From Octopus vulgaris (Eukaryota): a stretch of 64,000 bases of DNA. Location: assembly GCA_951406725.2 (NCBI GenBank), contig OX597838.1, positions 23,994,001 to 24,058,000 of the forward strand, in the 5' to 3' direction. Below, in pieces: positions 40,050-52,989 of the stretch. The translations under genes and the position numbers were made by a program. Numbering within the stretch: the first letter of the stretch is position 1; every line of letters begins with the position of its first letter. The notes below the pieces were generated by a model. It was not told the DNA's origin. It saw only the letters and a program-made list of their open reading frames with translations, and searched no databases.

Positions 40050-40470
40050 TTCTTTTCTGCTCAGGCACAAGGCCCGAAATTTTGGGGAGGGGATTAAGTC
40101 GATTAGATCAACCACAGTATGTAACTGGTACTTAATTTATTTATCCCAATAGGATGAAAGGCAAAGTCGACCTCAGTGAAATTTGAACTCAGAACATAAA
40201 AACAGATAAAATACTGCTAAGCATTTCGCCTAGCATGCTAACATTTCTTATTTCTTTACTGCCCACAAGGGGCCACACATAGAGGGGACAAACAAATAGA
40301 TTAAGTCGATTATATCAACCCCAATGCATAACTGGTACTTATTTAATCAACCCCGAAAGGATTAAAGGCAAAGTTGACCTCAGTGGAATTTGAACTTAGA
40401 ACGTAGCGGCAGATGAAATACCCCTAAGCTTTTTGCCCAGCGTGCTAACGTTTCTGCCAGCTCACCATCT
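40050..40470 (-). mobile_element. Two joined family B SINEs
   Basis: Same unit motifs. Confidence 0.8.
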
Positions 40471-40990
40471 TAGTGTAATGGAACATATTAAAGAGAGTTT
40501 GGAATTGAGACTCTGTTCTGATTGTTATAGTATTTTTTGTTTAAACTATAACAAATTCAGTTTCAAAATATTAATATACATATTTTCTTTTTATGTGCGT
40601 GGCCAGAGCAATGTATTTGCTTAAGCATTAATTAGCTTGTCTAAATCAGCCTACCTAATAAGCCTATGCAAAAGGTCAACAGTTCAAAGTTTGCTCATTA
40701 AATAAGCAAGCTTGGTTTTCCTTTCAACTTGATCGACCTCAGATAATCAATTCTCATCTTAAATATATTTTTAATTGCATTACATAAATAATCAGATGCT
40801 TAAACAAGATTTTATTTACTAATGTATTCCTGAAGAGGCTGATTGGTTGAGTTGTTAGAGTACCTTACAATATTTTTTCTAGCTCTCTGTGCATCGAGTT
40901 CAAATCCACTGTGGTTAACTTGGCCTTTTGTTTTGGGGTTTTTTTTGTATTTCTATTTACTATTTCATTAGAGGTATTTAGAATATTATT

Positions 40991-41388
40991 AGGCGCAGGA
41001 GTGGCTGTGTGGTAAGTAGCTTGCTAACCAACCACATGGTTGCGGGTTCAGTCCCACTACGTGGCATCTTGGGCAAGTGTCTTCTGCTATAGCCTCGGGC
41101 CGACCAATGCCTTGTGAGTGGATTTGGTAGACGGAAACTGAAAGAAGCCTGTCGTATATATGTATATATATATATGTGTGTGTGTGTGTGTTTGTCCCCC
41201 TAGCATTGCTTGACAACCGATGCTGGTGTGTTTACGTCCCTGTCACTTAGTGGTTCGGCAAAAGAGACCGATAGAATAAGTACTGGGCTTACAAAGAATA
41301 AGTCCCGGGGTCGATTTGATCGACTAAAGGCGGTGCTCCAGCATGGCTGCAGTCAAATGACTGAAACAAGTAAAAGAGAAAAGAGAAA
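40991..41388 (+). mobile_element. SINE family A, near-consensus copy
   Basis: Nearly identical to 13820-14250. Confidence 0.88.
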
Positions 41389-41764
41389 ATATGTGATAAA
41401 ATCTCTTTCAGTTACTTACCACACAATCACTCCTGTGCCTGTGAGTAGTATTCCAACACATCAGTAAGAGCTGAGGTTATGAACTGGCAAATATCTTGTC
41501 TATGCTTGTAGAAGGCCTACCTGTCCTCATTATCCAAACTGAGGGTTGGGATGAGGTGTTACCATGGTTGGCTGATTGGCCCTGACCATTGTCACTTTAG
41601 TAGAATTTGTATTCAAAATACAAGAGCTGGAACTAAAAGCAAGCTTACCAACCACATGGTTCCAGGTTCAGTCCCACTGCATGGTATCTTGGGCAGGTGT
41701 CTTCTGCTATAGCCTTGGGCCAACCAAAGCCTTGTGAGTGGATTTGGTAGACAGAAACTGAACG

Positions 41765-42180
41765 AAGGTGACAAGCTGGCAGAAACGTTAGCACGCCGGG
41801 TGAAATGCTTAGCGGTATTTCGTCTGCCGTTACGTTCTGAGTTCAAATTCCACCGAGGTCGACTTTGCCTTTCATCCTTTCAGGGTCGATAAATTAAGTA
41901 CCAGTTGCGCACTGGGGTCGATGTAATCAACTTAATTCATTTGTCTGTCCTTGTTTGTCCCCTCCATGACTAGCCCCTTGTGGGTGATAAAGAAACATAT
42001 ATTAATATAATTACGCTATACGTCTTTATGTTCTGAGTTCAAATTCCACCAAGGTCAGCTTTGCTTTTCATCCTTTCCAAGGTTGTTAAAATAAGTACCA
42101 GTTAGGCAGTGTGATCAATGCAATCGACTTACTCTCTCCCCCAAAATTGCTGGCCTTGTGCTAAAATTCGAAACCAATAT
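41765..42180 (+). mobile_element. Family B SINEs (near-consensus copy 41765-41995 plus a partial copy)
   Basis: gctggcagaaacgttagcacgccgggtgaaatgcttagcggtatttcgtctgccgttacgttctgagttcaaattccaccgaggtcgactttgcctttcatcc... Confidence 0.85.
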
Positions 42181-43967
42181 TCATACTGTACAGTATTATT
42201 ATAGATTCGTTTCATCCAGTCTTACCAATTGGTTTCACATAAGAATTAAGTGCTCAGGTGATTAACTAAAGCTGCACTCATTAAAGGGAGTTGTCACCAT
42301 ATTTTTTTATCTTTCTCACTCTGAAGAGCTTCTTTCAGTTTCCATCTCCCAAGTCCTCTCACAAGGCTTTTTTTGACCTGGGGCTATAGAAGACATTTGC
42401 CCAAGGTACCGTGCTGTGGGACCGAACCTGAAAACAGATGGTTGGGAATCAATGTTATTAACTACACAGCCATGCCTGCACCTTCTGCCTGAAAATTATG
42501 TTAAAGGGTATATGTATCTGCGAAATGCTCAGCCAGGTACTTGTTAATTCAGGAGCAGGTAACTCAGTTGATCGAGCGACTGAATCCTCGTTGTCAACTG
42601 GTGGAGATCCACCGTCACCAAAGTTTACTTCCTTATTGTCAGTGGTTCGTCAAAACTTATTGATGATGCAAAAATCATTAGCAACAGCCAGTGTTTGAAC
42701 CCACAACCGTTAATAAGGAGGCTAAATCGACATCTCAGAATAATTTGTTATTCATTAATCAAGAAATAAGGAGAAACAGGTACAACAACAACAACAACAA
42801 CAGATTAAAATGAAAACAAAGCAACAACTTGTAAATAAATTATCTACTTCAGATAATGTTTTGAGTATAGATGTTTTTTTGTTTGTGTGTATGTTTTCAA
42901 TTCTAAAAGATTAGGTTTATTAATGATATTTCAGAGATGTGATATATATTGCTATTAGTATCATCATCATCACCATCATCATCACAAAACCACCACCACC
43001 ACCTTCATCATTATCATAATCATTGCCATCTTTGTTGCGTCTCTTTGGCTGTTTCTCCATTTCACATTTTATTAGTATGCTTGCTTCATTATTTTTCCTG
43101 GTTCTGAACCTAACCAAGGCCGTTGAAGCGTATCCGATGAGGAAACACGAAACAGTAACATTTGGACCGTACCATTTGGTCTCTCCTTCCCTCCCCTTCC
43201 CTCCCCACCCCGCCGTCACCAAAGTGTAGTGATTTGTGTCTGAAAAAGACGAGCCCACTGATAGACAAGAGACATCCATTAACATTATTTATGAAGGATA
43301 CGAGATTGCTTTGCTAGTTAGCGGCACTCTGTGAAGTGTAAAGAAATTCTGATAACAACAGTTGGCAATGGGCAGAAACGGAACAGTGTTTTTACTAACC
43401 TTGAAAAAGCAAACTTAATACTTTACCTGTCTCTAATGAAAGATTGAGACTATCTGAAGCGAGCTCTATATGGATTTTATATTTGGACAGTGAGCTTTTC
43501 CATTAATGATTAACCAAAATGTATTGCAAAACTCAGGTAAATGGAAAAATCATTTTTATATAATAATATAATATAATATAGCGCTAATTTGTGATGGTTA
43601 TGCTGCATTTAATTAAGTGTATACACTAACCCTTTAATTGCTATTTTGTTTCATTACTTATTTGATTCATTTGTCTGAATAAGCATTATAATAATTATAA
43701 TTATAATAACAATAATAATAATCCTTTCTACTGGAGGCACATGCCCTGAAATTTGTGGGAAGAGGATTAGTTGATTACATCAACCCCCAGCATTTCACTG
43801 GTACTTAATTTATCAACTCTGAAAGGATGAAAGGCAAAATTGACCTTGGCAGAATTTGAACTGAGAACGTAGCTAGGGGCAAAATACCACTAAGGATTTC
43901 GTCCAGCATGCTACCGATTCTACCAGTTCACTGCCTTAATAATTATAGTAATAATAATGATAATAGT

Positions 43968-44095
43968 TATTACTATTAGGGACAAAAGGATATTAGGAAA
44001 GTTCTTGCCATCTAAGGTTGCTTGCTGTAGCCCAATTTTAGAAATTTTTCTTTTCCAACAGTTTAGTTTAATCTATTCTGTGTATATGAATTTAT
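43968..44095 (+). mobile_element. Dong/R4-like LINE extreme 3' end within (AAT)n
   Basis: LLLGT...ILGKFL/IRKVLAI*-like frameshifted end, short UTR, (aat)n on both sides. Confidence 0.45.
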
Positions 44096-44766
44096 AATAA
44101 TAATAATAATAATAATAATCCTTTCTACTAAAGGCACAAGGCCTGAAATTTCCAGTGGTGGGGGGGGTCCACAACTGGTACTTATTTTATTGACCCTGAA
44201 AGTATGAAAGACAAAGTTGACCTCAGTGGAATTTGAACTCAGAACGTAAAGACAGACGAAATACTGCTAAGCATTTCATGTTTCGTAATGAAATTATGCA
44301 AACATCACCCTAAAGGAAAACAAAATAATTATAATGTTAAATTAACTAATGACATATATTAAAAATGACCACAGATTTTCAGGTGTTGGAAGACATAGAA
44401 AATCTGGTGGAGTCCACGGATAATTTGAATAACAGCAAATTTCAGTTTATAATTGAAAAGATTTTGTGTTTTTCTAATGTGTAGATGTACTTTCTTGACA
44501 TAAACTGAGATTAACAAGTCTGCAGACAAGATATTTCTCTAAGGCTCTGCTATTTTGTGGTGCACCTGAGCACTGTATACAATAATTTCATTATTATATT
44601 ATTTAAACATCCTGTTTGATATACATAAAATATATTACTTTGGTAGGGAATGCGTGTTTCCTCTTCTCTCCTTTTTCTCTCACTCTTTCAATATTTCTTC
44701 CTAATTCTTGGTATAAGGGGGCGGGGTTCTCTTTGTTGGGGGTAGACAAGTTTTTAACATGATATA

Positions 44767-45160
44767 CAGGTGTTGCTGTGTGGTAAGAAGTTTGCTTCAC
44801 AATCACATGGTTCTGAGTTCAGCCCCACTGCATGGCACCTTGGGCAAGTGTCTTCTACTATAGCTTTAGGCTGACCAAAGCCTTGTGAGTGGATTTAGCT
44901 GATGGAAACTGAAAGAAACCCATCGTGTGTGTGTGTGTGTGTTCATGTTTGTGTTTGTCCCCCACCACTCTTTGACAATTGGTGCTGGTGTGTTTGCTCC
45001 CTCTGACTTAGAGGTTTGGTAAAAGAGAGACTGATAGAATAAGCACCGGGCTTAGAAAAAAAAAAGGGGGGCTGAGGTCAATTTGTTCAACTAAAATTTT
45101 TCAGGGCAGTGCCCCAGCATTGCCTGTGTCTGATGACTGAAACAAATACAAAACAAAAGA
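44767..45160 (+). mobile_element. SINE family A, diverged copy
   Basis: Head and tail match family A. Confidence 0.75.
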
Positions 45161-45399
45161 CATAATACATATAAAGCCCTTCAATCTGTTCTTCCTGTTA
45201 TTTATGTTCATTTGCATATACCACAAGCAGAACTAATCTTCAGTTCTGCCTCTTATGTTTCATAAGAGCAGCAAGGGGAAACGAACAAACCGATCAGGTA
45301 TCTAATTGCATTAGTTATCAAAAGGAAGCCTTTGATCACTTTGATATCATCAACACACCTGTCTGAAACAGTCACCGATTCTAATGATAATCATGATGT

Positions 45400-45830
45400 T
45401 AATAATGGTTTCTTATTGTGGCATAAGGCCAGCAAATTTTCGGAGAGGGAGTAAGTGGATTACATTGACCCCCTATTGTTCAACAGGTACTTATTTTATT
45501 AACTCCAAAAGGGCGAAAGGCAAAAGCTGGCCTGAATGGAATTTGAACTTGGAACATAAAGAATCAGACAAAATGTACTAAAAATTCTGCCAGTTCACCA
45601 TCTTAATAATAATAATCCTTCCTACTATAGGCACAAGGCCTGAAATTTGGGGGGAGAGGGCCAGTTGATTAGATCGACCCCAGTATGCAACTGGTACTTA
45701 ATTTATTGACCCCCAAAAGATGAAAGGCAAAGTCGACCTTGGTGGAATTTGAACTCTGATTGTAGTGACATGTGAAATACTACTGAGCATTTTGTCCAGT
45801 GTGCTAACAACTTTGCTAGCTCACTGCCTG

Positions 45831-45874
<44 letters not shown>

Positions 45875-46940
45875 CCCTTCTGCTACAGGCACAAGGCTTG
45901 AAATTTTGGAGGAGGGGGCTAGTCAATTACATCATCTCCAGTGTTTCACTGGTACTTAATTTATTGACCCGGAAAGGATGAAAGGCAATGTCGACCTTGA
46001 TGGAATTTGAACTCAGAACGTAAAGACCAATGAAATGCCACTAAGCATGGTGCCCATCGTGCTAACGATTCTGCCAGCTTGCTGCCTTAGATAATAATAA
46101 GAAGAAGAAGAACAACAATAACATCAATAATAGTAATAATCTTTTCTGCTATAGGCACAAGGCCTGAAATTTGGAGGGAGGGGCTCAGTCGATTAGATTG
46201 ACCCCTGTACGCAACTGGTACTTAATTTATCGACTCTGAAAGGATGAAAAGCAAAGTCGACCTTGGCTGAACTTGAACTCAGAAGGTAAACACAGACAAA
46301 ATACCTATTTCTTTACTACCCACAAGAGGCTAAACACAGAGAGGACAAACAAGGACAGACAAATGGATTAAGTTGATTACATCGACCCCAGTGCGTAACT
46401 GGTACTTAATTTATTGACCCCAAAAGGATGAAAGGCAAAGTCAACCTCGGTGGAATTTGAACTCAGAACATAACGGCAGACGAAATACCTATTTCTTTAC
46501 TACCTACAAGGGGCTAAACACAGAGGGGACGAACAAGGACAGACACATGGATTAAGTCGATTATATCGACCCCAGTGCATAACTGGTACTTATTTAATTG
46601 ACCCAGAAAGGATGAAAGGCTAAGTCGACCTCAGCGGAATTTGAACTCAGAACGTAACGGCAGACGAAATACCGCTAAGCATTTCGCCCGGCATGCTAAC
46701 AATTCTGCCACCTTCACTGCCTTAACAATAATAGTAATAATTATTTCTTTACTACCCACAAGGGGCTAAACACAGAGGGGACAAACAAGGACAGATATCG
46801 ACCCCAGTATGTAACTGGTACTTAATTTATCGACCCCAAAAGGACGAAAGGCAAAGTCGACCTCGGCAGAATTTGAACTCGGAACATAACAGCAGACGAA
46901 ATACAGCTACGCATTTCACCCAGCGTGCTAACGTTTCTGC
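45400..46940 (-). mobile_element. Dense tandem array of ~7 family B SINE units
   Basis: Consecutive units, some lacking the head and joined at fixed junctions. Confidence 0.85.
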
Positions 46941-47269
46941 AGTAGTGAGCTTATTGCTTGCAGTGCTCAGGTGCACTACAACTTACCAGAAAAGAGTAAA
47001 AAAGGGCACAGGAAGAAGTAAGAAGTCAAGAAGTCCAGTAAATGAAGCAACACCTGCATGCACCATGCAAAACTGCCTGTTTTAAAATATTCATGTTTGA
47101 ATTAAAATTTCCTGTTATAATTTTATGTAAAATCTTTTTTAAGTCACAAACATCAGTTTAATCATGAAAACCTTTGGGTTTTTTTTTTTTTAATATATCC
47201 CTACAAATTCTTGGTTATTTTCAAAATTAATTGGAATTCATAAGCAAATTATTTTGTTTGCAATGTGGT

Positions 47270-47667
47270 TACTCTATACTCTTTTACTTGTTTCAGTCAT
47301 TTGACTGCGGCCATGCTGGAGCACCGCCTTTAATTGAGCAATTCGATCCCGGGACTTATTCTTTTGTAAGCCCAGTACTTATTGTATCGGTCTCTTTTGC
47401 CGAACTGCTAAGTAGCGGGGACATAAACACACCAGCATCGGTTGTCAAGCAATGCTAGGGGGACAAACACAGACACACATATACTCATATATATAAACAT
47501 ATGTACGACGGGCTTCTTTCAGTTTCCGTCTACCAAATCCACTCACAGGGCTTTGGTCGGCCCGAGGCTATAGTAGAAGACACTTGCCCAAGGTGCCATG
47601 CAGTGGAACTGAACCCGGAACCATGTGGTTGGTAAACAAGCTACTTACCACACAACCACTCCTGCGT
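47270..47667 (-). mobile_element. SINE family A copy
   Basis: Full-length match. Confidence 0.85.
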
Positions 47668-50046
47668 ATTTTACTCAAGATATTTCCTATGTTAGTCTAG
47701 CACGTTAATTAACAGGTTGCCATTGGTTTCAGCAATGAGTATTAAGTTGTTCAATCAACTGAGTCACCTACTCATTGAATTAACATGTAACTGGATGAGT
47801 ATTCCATAGACACATGTACTCTTAATATAACTCACAGACCAAGTCAGATTAGGCCTTTGGATTACAAAGCCCCCACTTGACTGACAGGTTCTCACAGTTT
47901 TCATCGATTTGATTTCATTAGCAAGGCTTGGGTTGACCCAAGTTTAAGGTAAAAACACACCTGTTCAAGATGCCATGCAGTGGGATTGAACCCAAGACTT
48001 TGTGATCGCCAAGCAAACTTCTTAATCATTTACCCATGCTGCTAATCTTCTAGCTAGGCTTAATAGATTAGTGTTAAAATAATGGTTTCAAATTTTGGCA
48101 CAGGGCCAGTAATTTTTGAGGGGACGGGGAAGTCAACTACATTGACCCCAGCACTTGACTGGTTCTTATCTTATTGACCCTGAAAAGATGAAAGGCAACA
48201 TCAACCTCAATGGAATTTGAACTCCGAACACAAAGATAGATGAAGTGTTGCTAAGCATTTTGTCCAGCATGCTCACTACATTTCATCTTAAATAACCAAT
48301 CAGCATTATCATCATCACCCTTATCATTTAATATCCATTTTCCATGCTAGCATGGGTTGGACAGTGTGACAGAGCTGACCAGCTGAAGGGGCTGTTCAGG
48401 TTCCATGTCTGTTTTAGCATGGTTTCTATGGCTGGATGCCCTTTCTAACACCAACCACTTTACAGAGTCTACCTGGTGCTTTTATGCAGCACCAGTACGG
48501 GTGCCTTTTACGTGGCACCAGCACCTATGAGCCTGCAAGATTAGGGATGCTCAGCTGGAGGGGGTTGCAAGGGACGAGCCTGTATACACAGGCAGCCACT
48601 CTTTTACTTAGCTTCACGTGTCTTTTCAAGCACAGCAAACCCCCAGGAGTCTCGCTCCCCTATCATCCCATCTGTGAGTCCCAACGTTTGTGCAAGTTAA
48701 ATTAGGAAGGGCATCCAGCCGTAGAGACATTGCCAGATCAGACTGGGCCTGGTGCAGCCTTCTGGCTTCCCAGACCCCAGTTGCACCGTCCAACCCATGC
48801 CAGCATGGAAAGCGGACGCTAAATGATGATGAGGATGATGATGATGATGATGATGATTACATTCTCTGCAATGAAAATTTTGACACGATATAATGTCAGT
48901 GAAGTTAATAGGTTCTGCGTGTTTTTTGAATGTCTAATACGTGTGCTCTCTGCTGTAATTGCTTTAGTTTCAAAACAGTCTCAGATCAAATCACTCACAA
49001 AACAAGTACACCTTTGAAATTACATTCTCTGTTAATCCAATATTCCAAGCTGGTTTTCATTAGTTTCCTTTTGATGTAATCTGTTCAAATCACGATGGAT
49101 TCTTTTGATGTTGCTTTCATGTCAAGCTGACTCCCATAATTTTATCAAAGTTCAACCCAGGTCTCTGTAAGAGATATCTGTTAAGTCACCTGCGTTAAAT
49201 TCCATCATCCAGTTTAATGTTACCACCTGTCTCTGTTGTAAGTATTCAGGCCAAACTCTCCAACCCAAGGATAACTGACTTCATCCCACCAGTCCGAGAG
49301 ACTTTTGAAGTGGCCATGGGCACTGCTCTTTCACCTCTATTTTACCCTTTTATTGCCAAATTTCACTTGAAACTCAGCCTTTGCTTAATGAAGAATTTAG
49401 TGAAATAATATTGCCATTATTAAGCAAATGTTTAGGAACAATTAACATGAAATTTTGATGGAAGGGCTTAATTTAAATCACTTTAATACAGGAAGATTGT
49501 ATCATAGAACCAGGGCCAGTCTCAGGTGGGTTGGTATCAAGAGGGTTAAGCCATAAATTGTAATTTTTAAAAATTATCAAATGCCATAAGGTCTGTTGTT
49601 CCCTTTTGATTTTTTTTTTGTTTTTCTTTTACTGAGAAAGTGAAATTTTTATTTAGCAACATATTTTTACAAGAAGAAAAGAAAGAAAAATCTAGAAAGT
49701 ATAAAAGATTATATTATCAAGACACACCCTCCCCAAATTACTTCAGCAAGGAAGCAAAGAAAAAAGCAGAGAGAAATTAAGCGCTGAAAGATGGGAGGAG
49801 AATGAATAACAGGTTGTACACTCAACTCCAAAATGGTGTGTTCAGTGTATTTCTAATCTAAGCACAAGGCCCATAATACTGGTTTCAAACTTTGACACAA
49901 GGCCAGCAATTTGAAGGAAGTGGGTAAGTCGATTAAATCGACCCCAGTATTCAACTGGTACTTATTTTATCGACCCTGAAGGGATGAAAGGCAAAGTCAA
50001 ACATAGCAGAATTTGAACTCAGAACGTAAAGATAGATGAAATGCTA

Positions 50047-50475
50047 CATTATTTACATTCGACGGATATTTGTCCTCATGTTGCTTGTTGTTAACACAAT
50101 GTTTCAGCTGATATACCCTCCAGCCTTCATCAGGTGTCTTGGGGAAATTTCGAACCTGGGTTCTCATTCCTAAGGTATTTTTTGATATTATTGTTATTGT
50201 TCAGGTCACTGCTTGGAATCGAACTCGGAATCTTGGGGTTAGTAGCCCGTACTCTTAACCACTATGCCATGGGCCCGTGGCGTAGTGGTTAAGAGTGCGG
50301 GCTACTAACCCCAAGATTCCGAGTTCGATTCCAAGCAGTGACCTGAACAATAATAATAATAATAATAATAACATCAAAAAATACCTTAGGAATGAGAACC
50401 CAGGTTCGAAATTTCCCCAAGACACCTGAAGAAGGCTGGAGGGTATATCAGCTGAAACGTTAATGCAAATAATGT
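50047..50475. mobile_element. Head-to-head palindromic dimer of a tRNA-headed, hammerhead-tailed SINE-like element
   Basis: Inverted repeat centred at GGG|CCC (50273/50274) with ~175-bp arms. A box 50278-50288, B box 50321-50332, HHR motifs in both arms. Confidence 0.8.
50093..50138 (-). ncRNA. Minimal type-I hammerhead ribozyme motif
   Basis: Minus strand: GACAC CTGATGA A GGCTG gagggtatat CAGCT GAAAC ATT GTGTT (stem I GACAC/GTGTT). The sister arm gives GAAAC GTT. Confidence 0.7.
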
Positions 50476-50951
50476 ACATCATTCTCAGTTTTTCCATGAT
50501 GTTGCTTTACAAATGGGTGTGTGGTTAAGAAGCTTGCTTTGCAATGATATGGTTTTGGATTCAATCCCTGGACTAACCATTATATTTTGAGTGAATTTTG
50601 TAGACAGAAACTTGTGCAAAGGCTCATCACTCAACACACACACACACACACACAGGCTGTATCTTTTGTTTTAAACCATTCCAGCATCCAATTTACTCGA
50701 CACACTCACACATGCACACAGGTCATATCGTTTGTTCTCAACTGCTCTGACGTCCAATGCACTTGACAGCCAGCGTTGTTTTGTTTACATCCCACCCATA
50801 ATGTAGCAGTTCACCAAAAGCGATCGACAGAACACGTACCAGACTTTAAAAACAAAAAGCAAAAAAAAAAAAATAAATAAATACTGGGGTGGATCTATTC
50901 AACTAAACCCTTCAAGGTAATGCCACAGCATGACCACTAACCAATGACAAA

Positions 50952-51335
50952 TGGAAGCACTCCATCGGTTACGACGACGAGGGTTCCGGTTGATCCGATC
51001 AACGGAACAGCCTGCTCATGAAATTAACGTGTAAGTGGCTGAGCACTCCACAGACACGTGCACCCTTAACGTAGTTCTCGGGGATATTCAGCGTGCCACA
51101 GAGAGTGACAAGGCCGGCCCTTTGAAATACAGGTACAACAGAAACAGGAAGTAAGAGTGAGAGAAAGTTGTGGTGAAAGAGTACAGCAGGGATCACCACC
51201 ATCGCCTGCCGGAGCCTCGTGGAGCTTTTTAGGTGTTTTCGCTCAATAAACACTCACAACGCCCGTTCTGGGAATCGAAGCCGCGATCCTATGATCGCGA
51301 GTCCGCTGCCCTAACCACTGGGCCATTGCGACTCC
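50952..51335 (-). mobile_element. Full-length tRNA-derived SINE family D with 13-bp TSD, inserted in the tail of a family A SINE
   Basis: aaccaatgacaaa at 50939-50951 and 51336-51348. Minus-strand head TGGCCCAGTGG ... GCTTCGATTCCC. Confidence 0.88.
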
Positions 51336-51809
51336 AACCAATGACAAAAACCAGTAAAAGACAAAAGACAAAGGAATTATTTCTGTGCTTCTTCATGGAT
51401 GCTGGCAGTGTGACAAGAACACCAACCGTGTCATACTTATTCTATTCAGTTTTATTCTGTGTCACTCCATTTTCAATCTTCTCCTTCCAGTAAGTCTGTT
51501 TCGCTGCACTAAGAAGAACCATTTATCGCAGATAATTCTTTGAAAAGATTTTCAGTTTCTTTTTAGATGTCTGAAAATGTTTCTCAAAATAGACAGCATT
51601 TTCTTTTCTGTTGAGGAATCCAGTGAATAATAATAATAATAATAATAATGACATTAGTAGTATCAATAACAATAAAAATAAAAATGATGACAACGATGAT
51701 GATGATGATGATGATGATGATGGTAATGATTTTCGTATTGTTGATTTGATTTCGTAAAAGCTGAAAATATGGTTATCAGCAATATGTTAAAGGAATGATA
51801 AGTCGCGTG

Positions 51810-51943
51810 CACGAGTACGTGTGTGTGTGTGTGTGTGTGTGTGCAGACTTGCATACGAGTTTATGTGCATGAATGCATGCATGCTTTGTCAGCAATGTTT
51901 TAAATAAATGCATGCAGGTGTGTGTGTGTGTGTTTGTTTGTTT

Positions 51944-51975
<32 letters not shown>

Positions 51976-52620
51976 CTGTACAGGCTGGCAAATGTGTGTA
52001 TTTGTTTTGACATGCATGTATGTTTGTGTATGTGTGTCTCAGCAGACTTGTGTGTGTGTGTTTGTGCAGACTTCCATATGTGCGTGTATGTGTGTGTGTA
52101 GACTTGCATAGTATGTCTGTGGGTATATGCTTTATATACAATATATTAATTAAATTAATGTGTGTGCATGTGTGTGTGTATGCAAACATGCATGTATTTG
52201 TGTGTGTATACAGGCTTGCATATGTGCATGATATGTTTATGTATGTGTCTATGTAGACTTGCATGTGTGTATATGCAAGTAGACTTGCATATTTGCTTGT
52301 GTGCAAACTTGTGTATGTCTCAGTAGAATGTAAAATAACGACTGTGTATGCATATGGTTATGTGCAAGCTTGTGTGTGTGTGTGCATGTGACTGTGCATA
52401 CATGTGTGTATGTTTCCATGTGGCTGCACATACATGTATGTGCATATGTGACTTAGTGTATTTGTGTATATATGTGTATGCATGTGACTGTACATGCGTG
52501 TATATGTATGTGCATGTGTGTATGTGTAAGCATGTACATGTGTGCACATGCATGTGTGTATGTATATGTGTGTGCATGTGTATGTATATGCATATGCATG
52601 TGCATGTGGGTGTTTGTACA
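51810..52620. repeat. Degenerate (TG/TA/TGCA)n tract. Similar (CA/TA)n tract at 60565-60930.
   Basis: Direct reading. Confidence 0.9.
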
Positions 52621-52932
52621 GAGGAGAATGAAAAGGCAGAAGTAATACACCTTAATATTTCCTGTTGTGAAATTTCCTCTTTAGGCATATTTACACCATG
52701 GACATGATGTAATGTGATGTGGTGGTGTGCATGAGGGATCTGGTGCTGTATATGTGACATACGTTGGGGATGGGGGATATCAGTGCATGTTCTTTTATTT
52801 GTTATGATAATTTCAATTTATTTATTTATTTATGTTCTTTAAAGTTACCATAGAAACTGATATTTACCACTGGCTATGGTTGCGTGATGTCTCTTACTTG
52901 CTACATGTAGAATAACTTCATTAATAATAATG

Positions 52933-52967
<35 letters not shown>

Positions 52968-52989
52968 AATGATGATGGTGATGATGATT

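Noticed and set aside
50277-50343. Possible tRNA-Ser gene
   Set aside because: It has A and B boxes but no proper acceptor stem or long variable arm, and it is fused to a repeat body. It is a SINE head. The same applies to 6803, 13820, 40991, 51335 and 58885.
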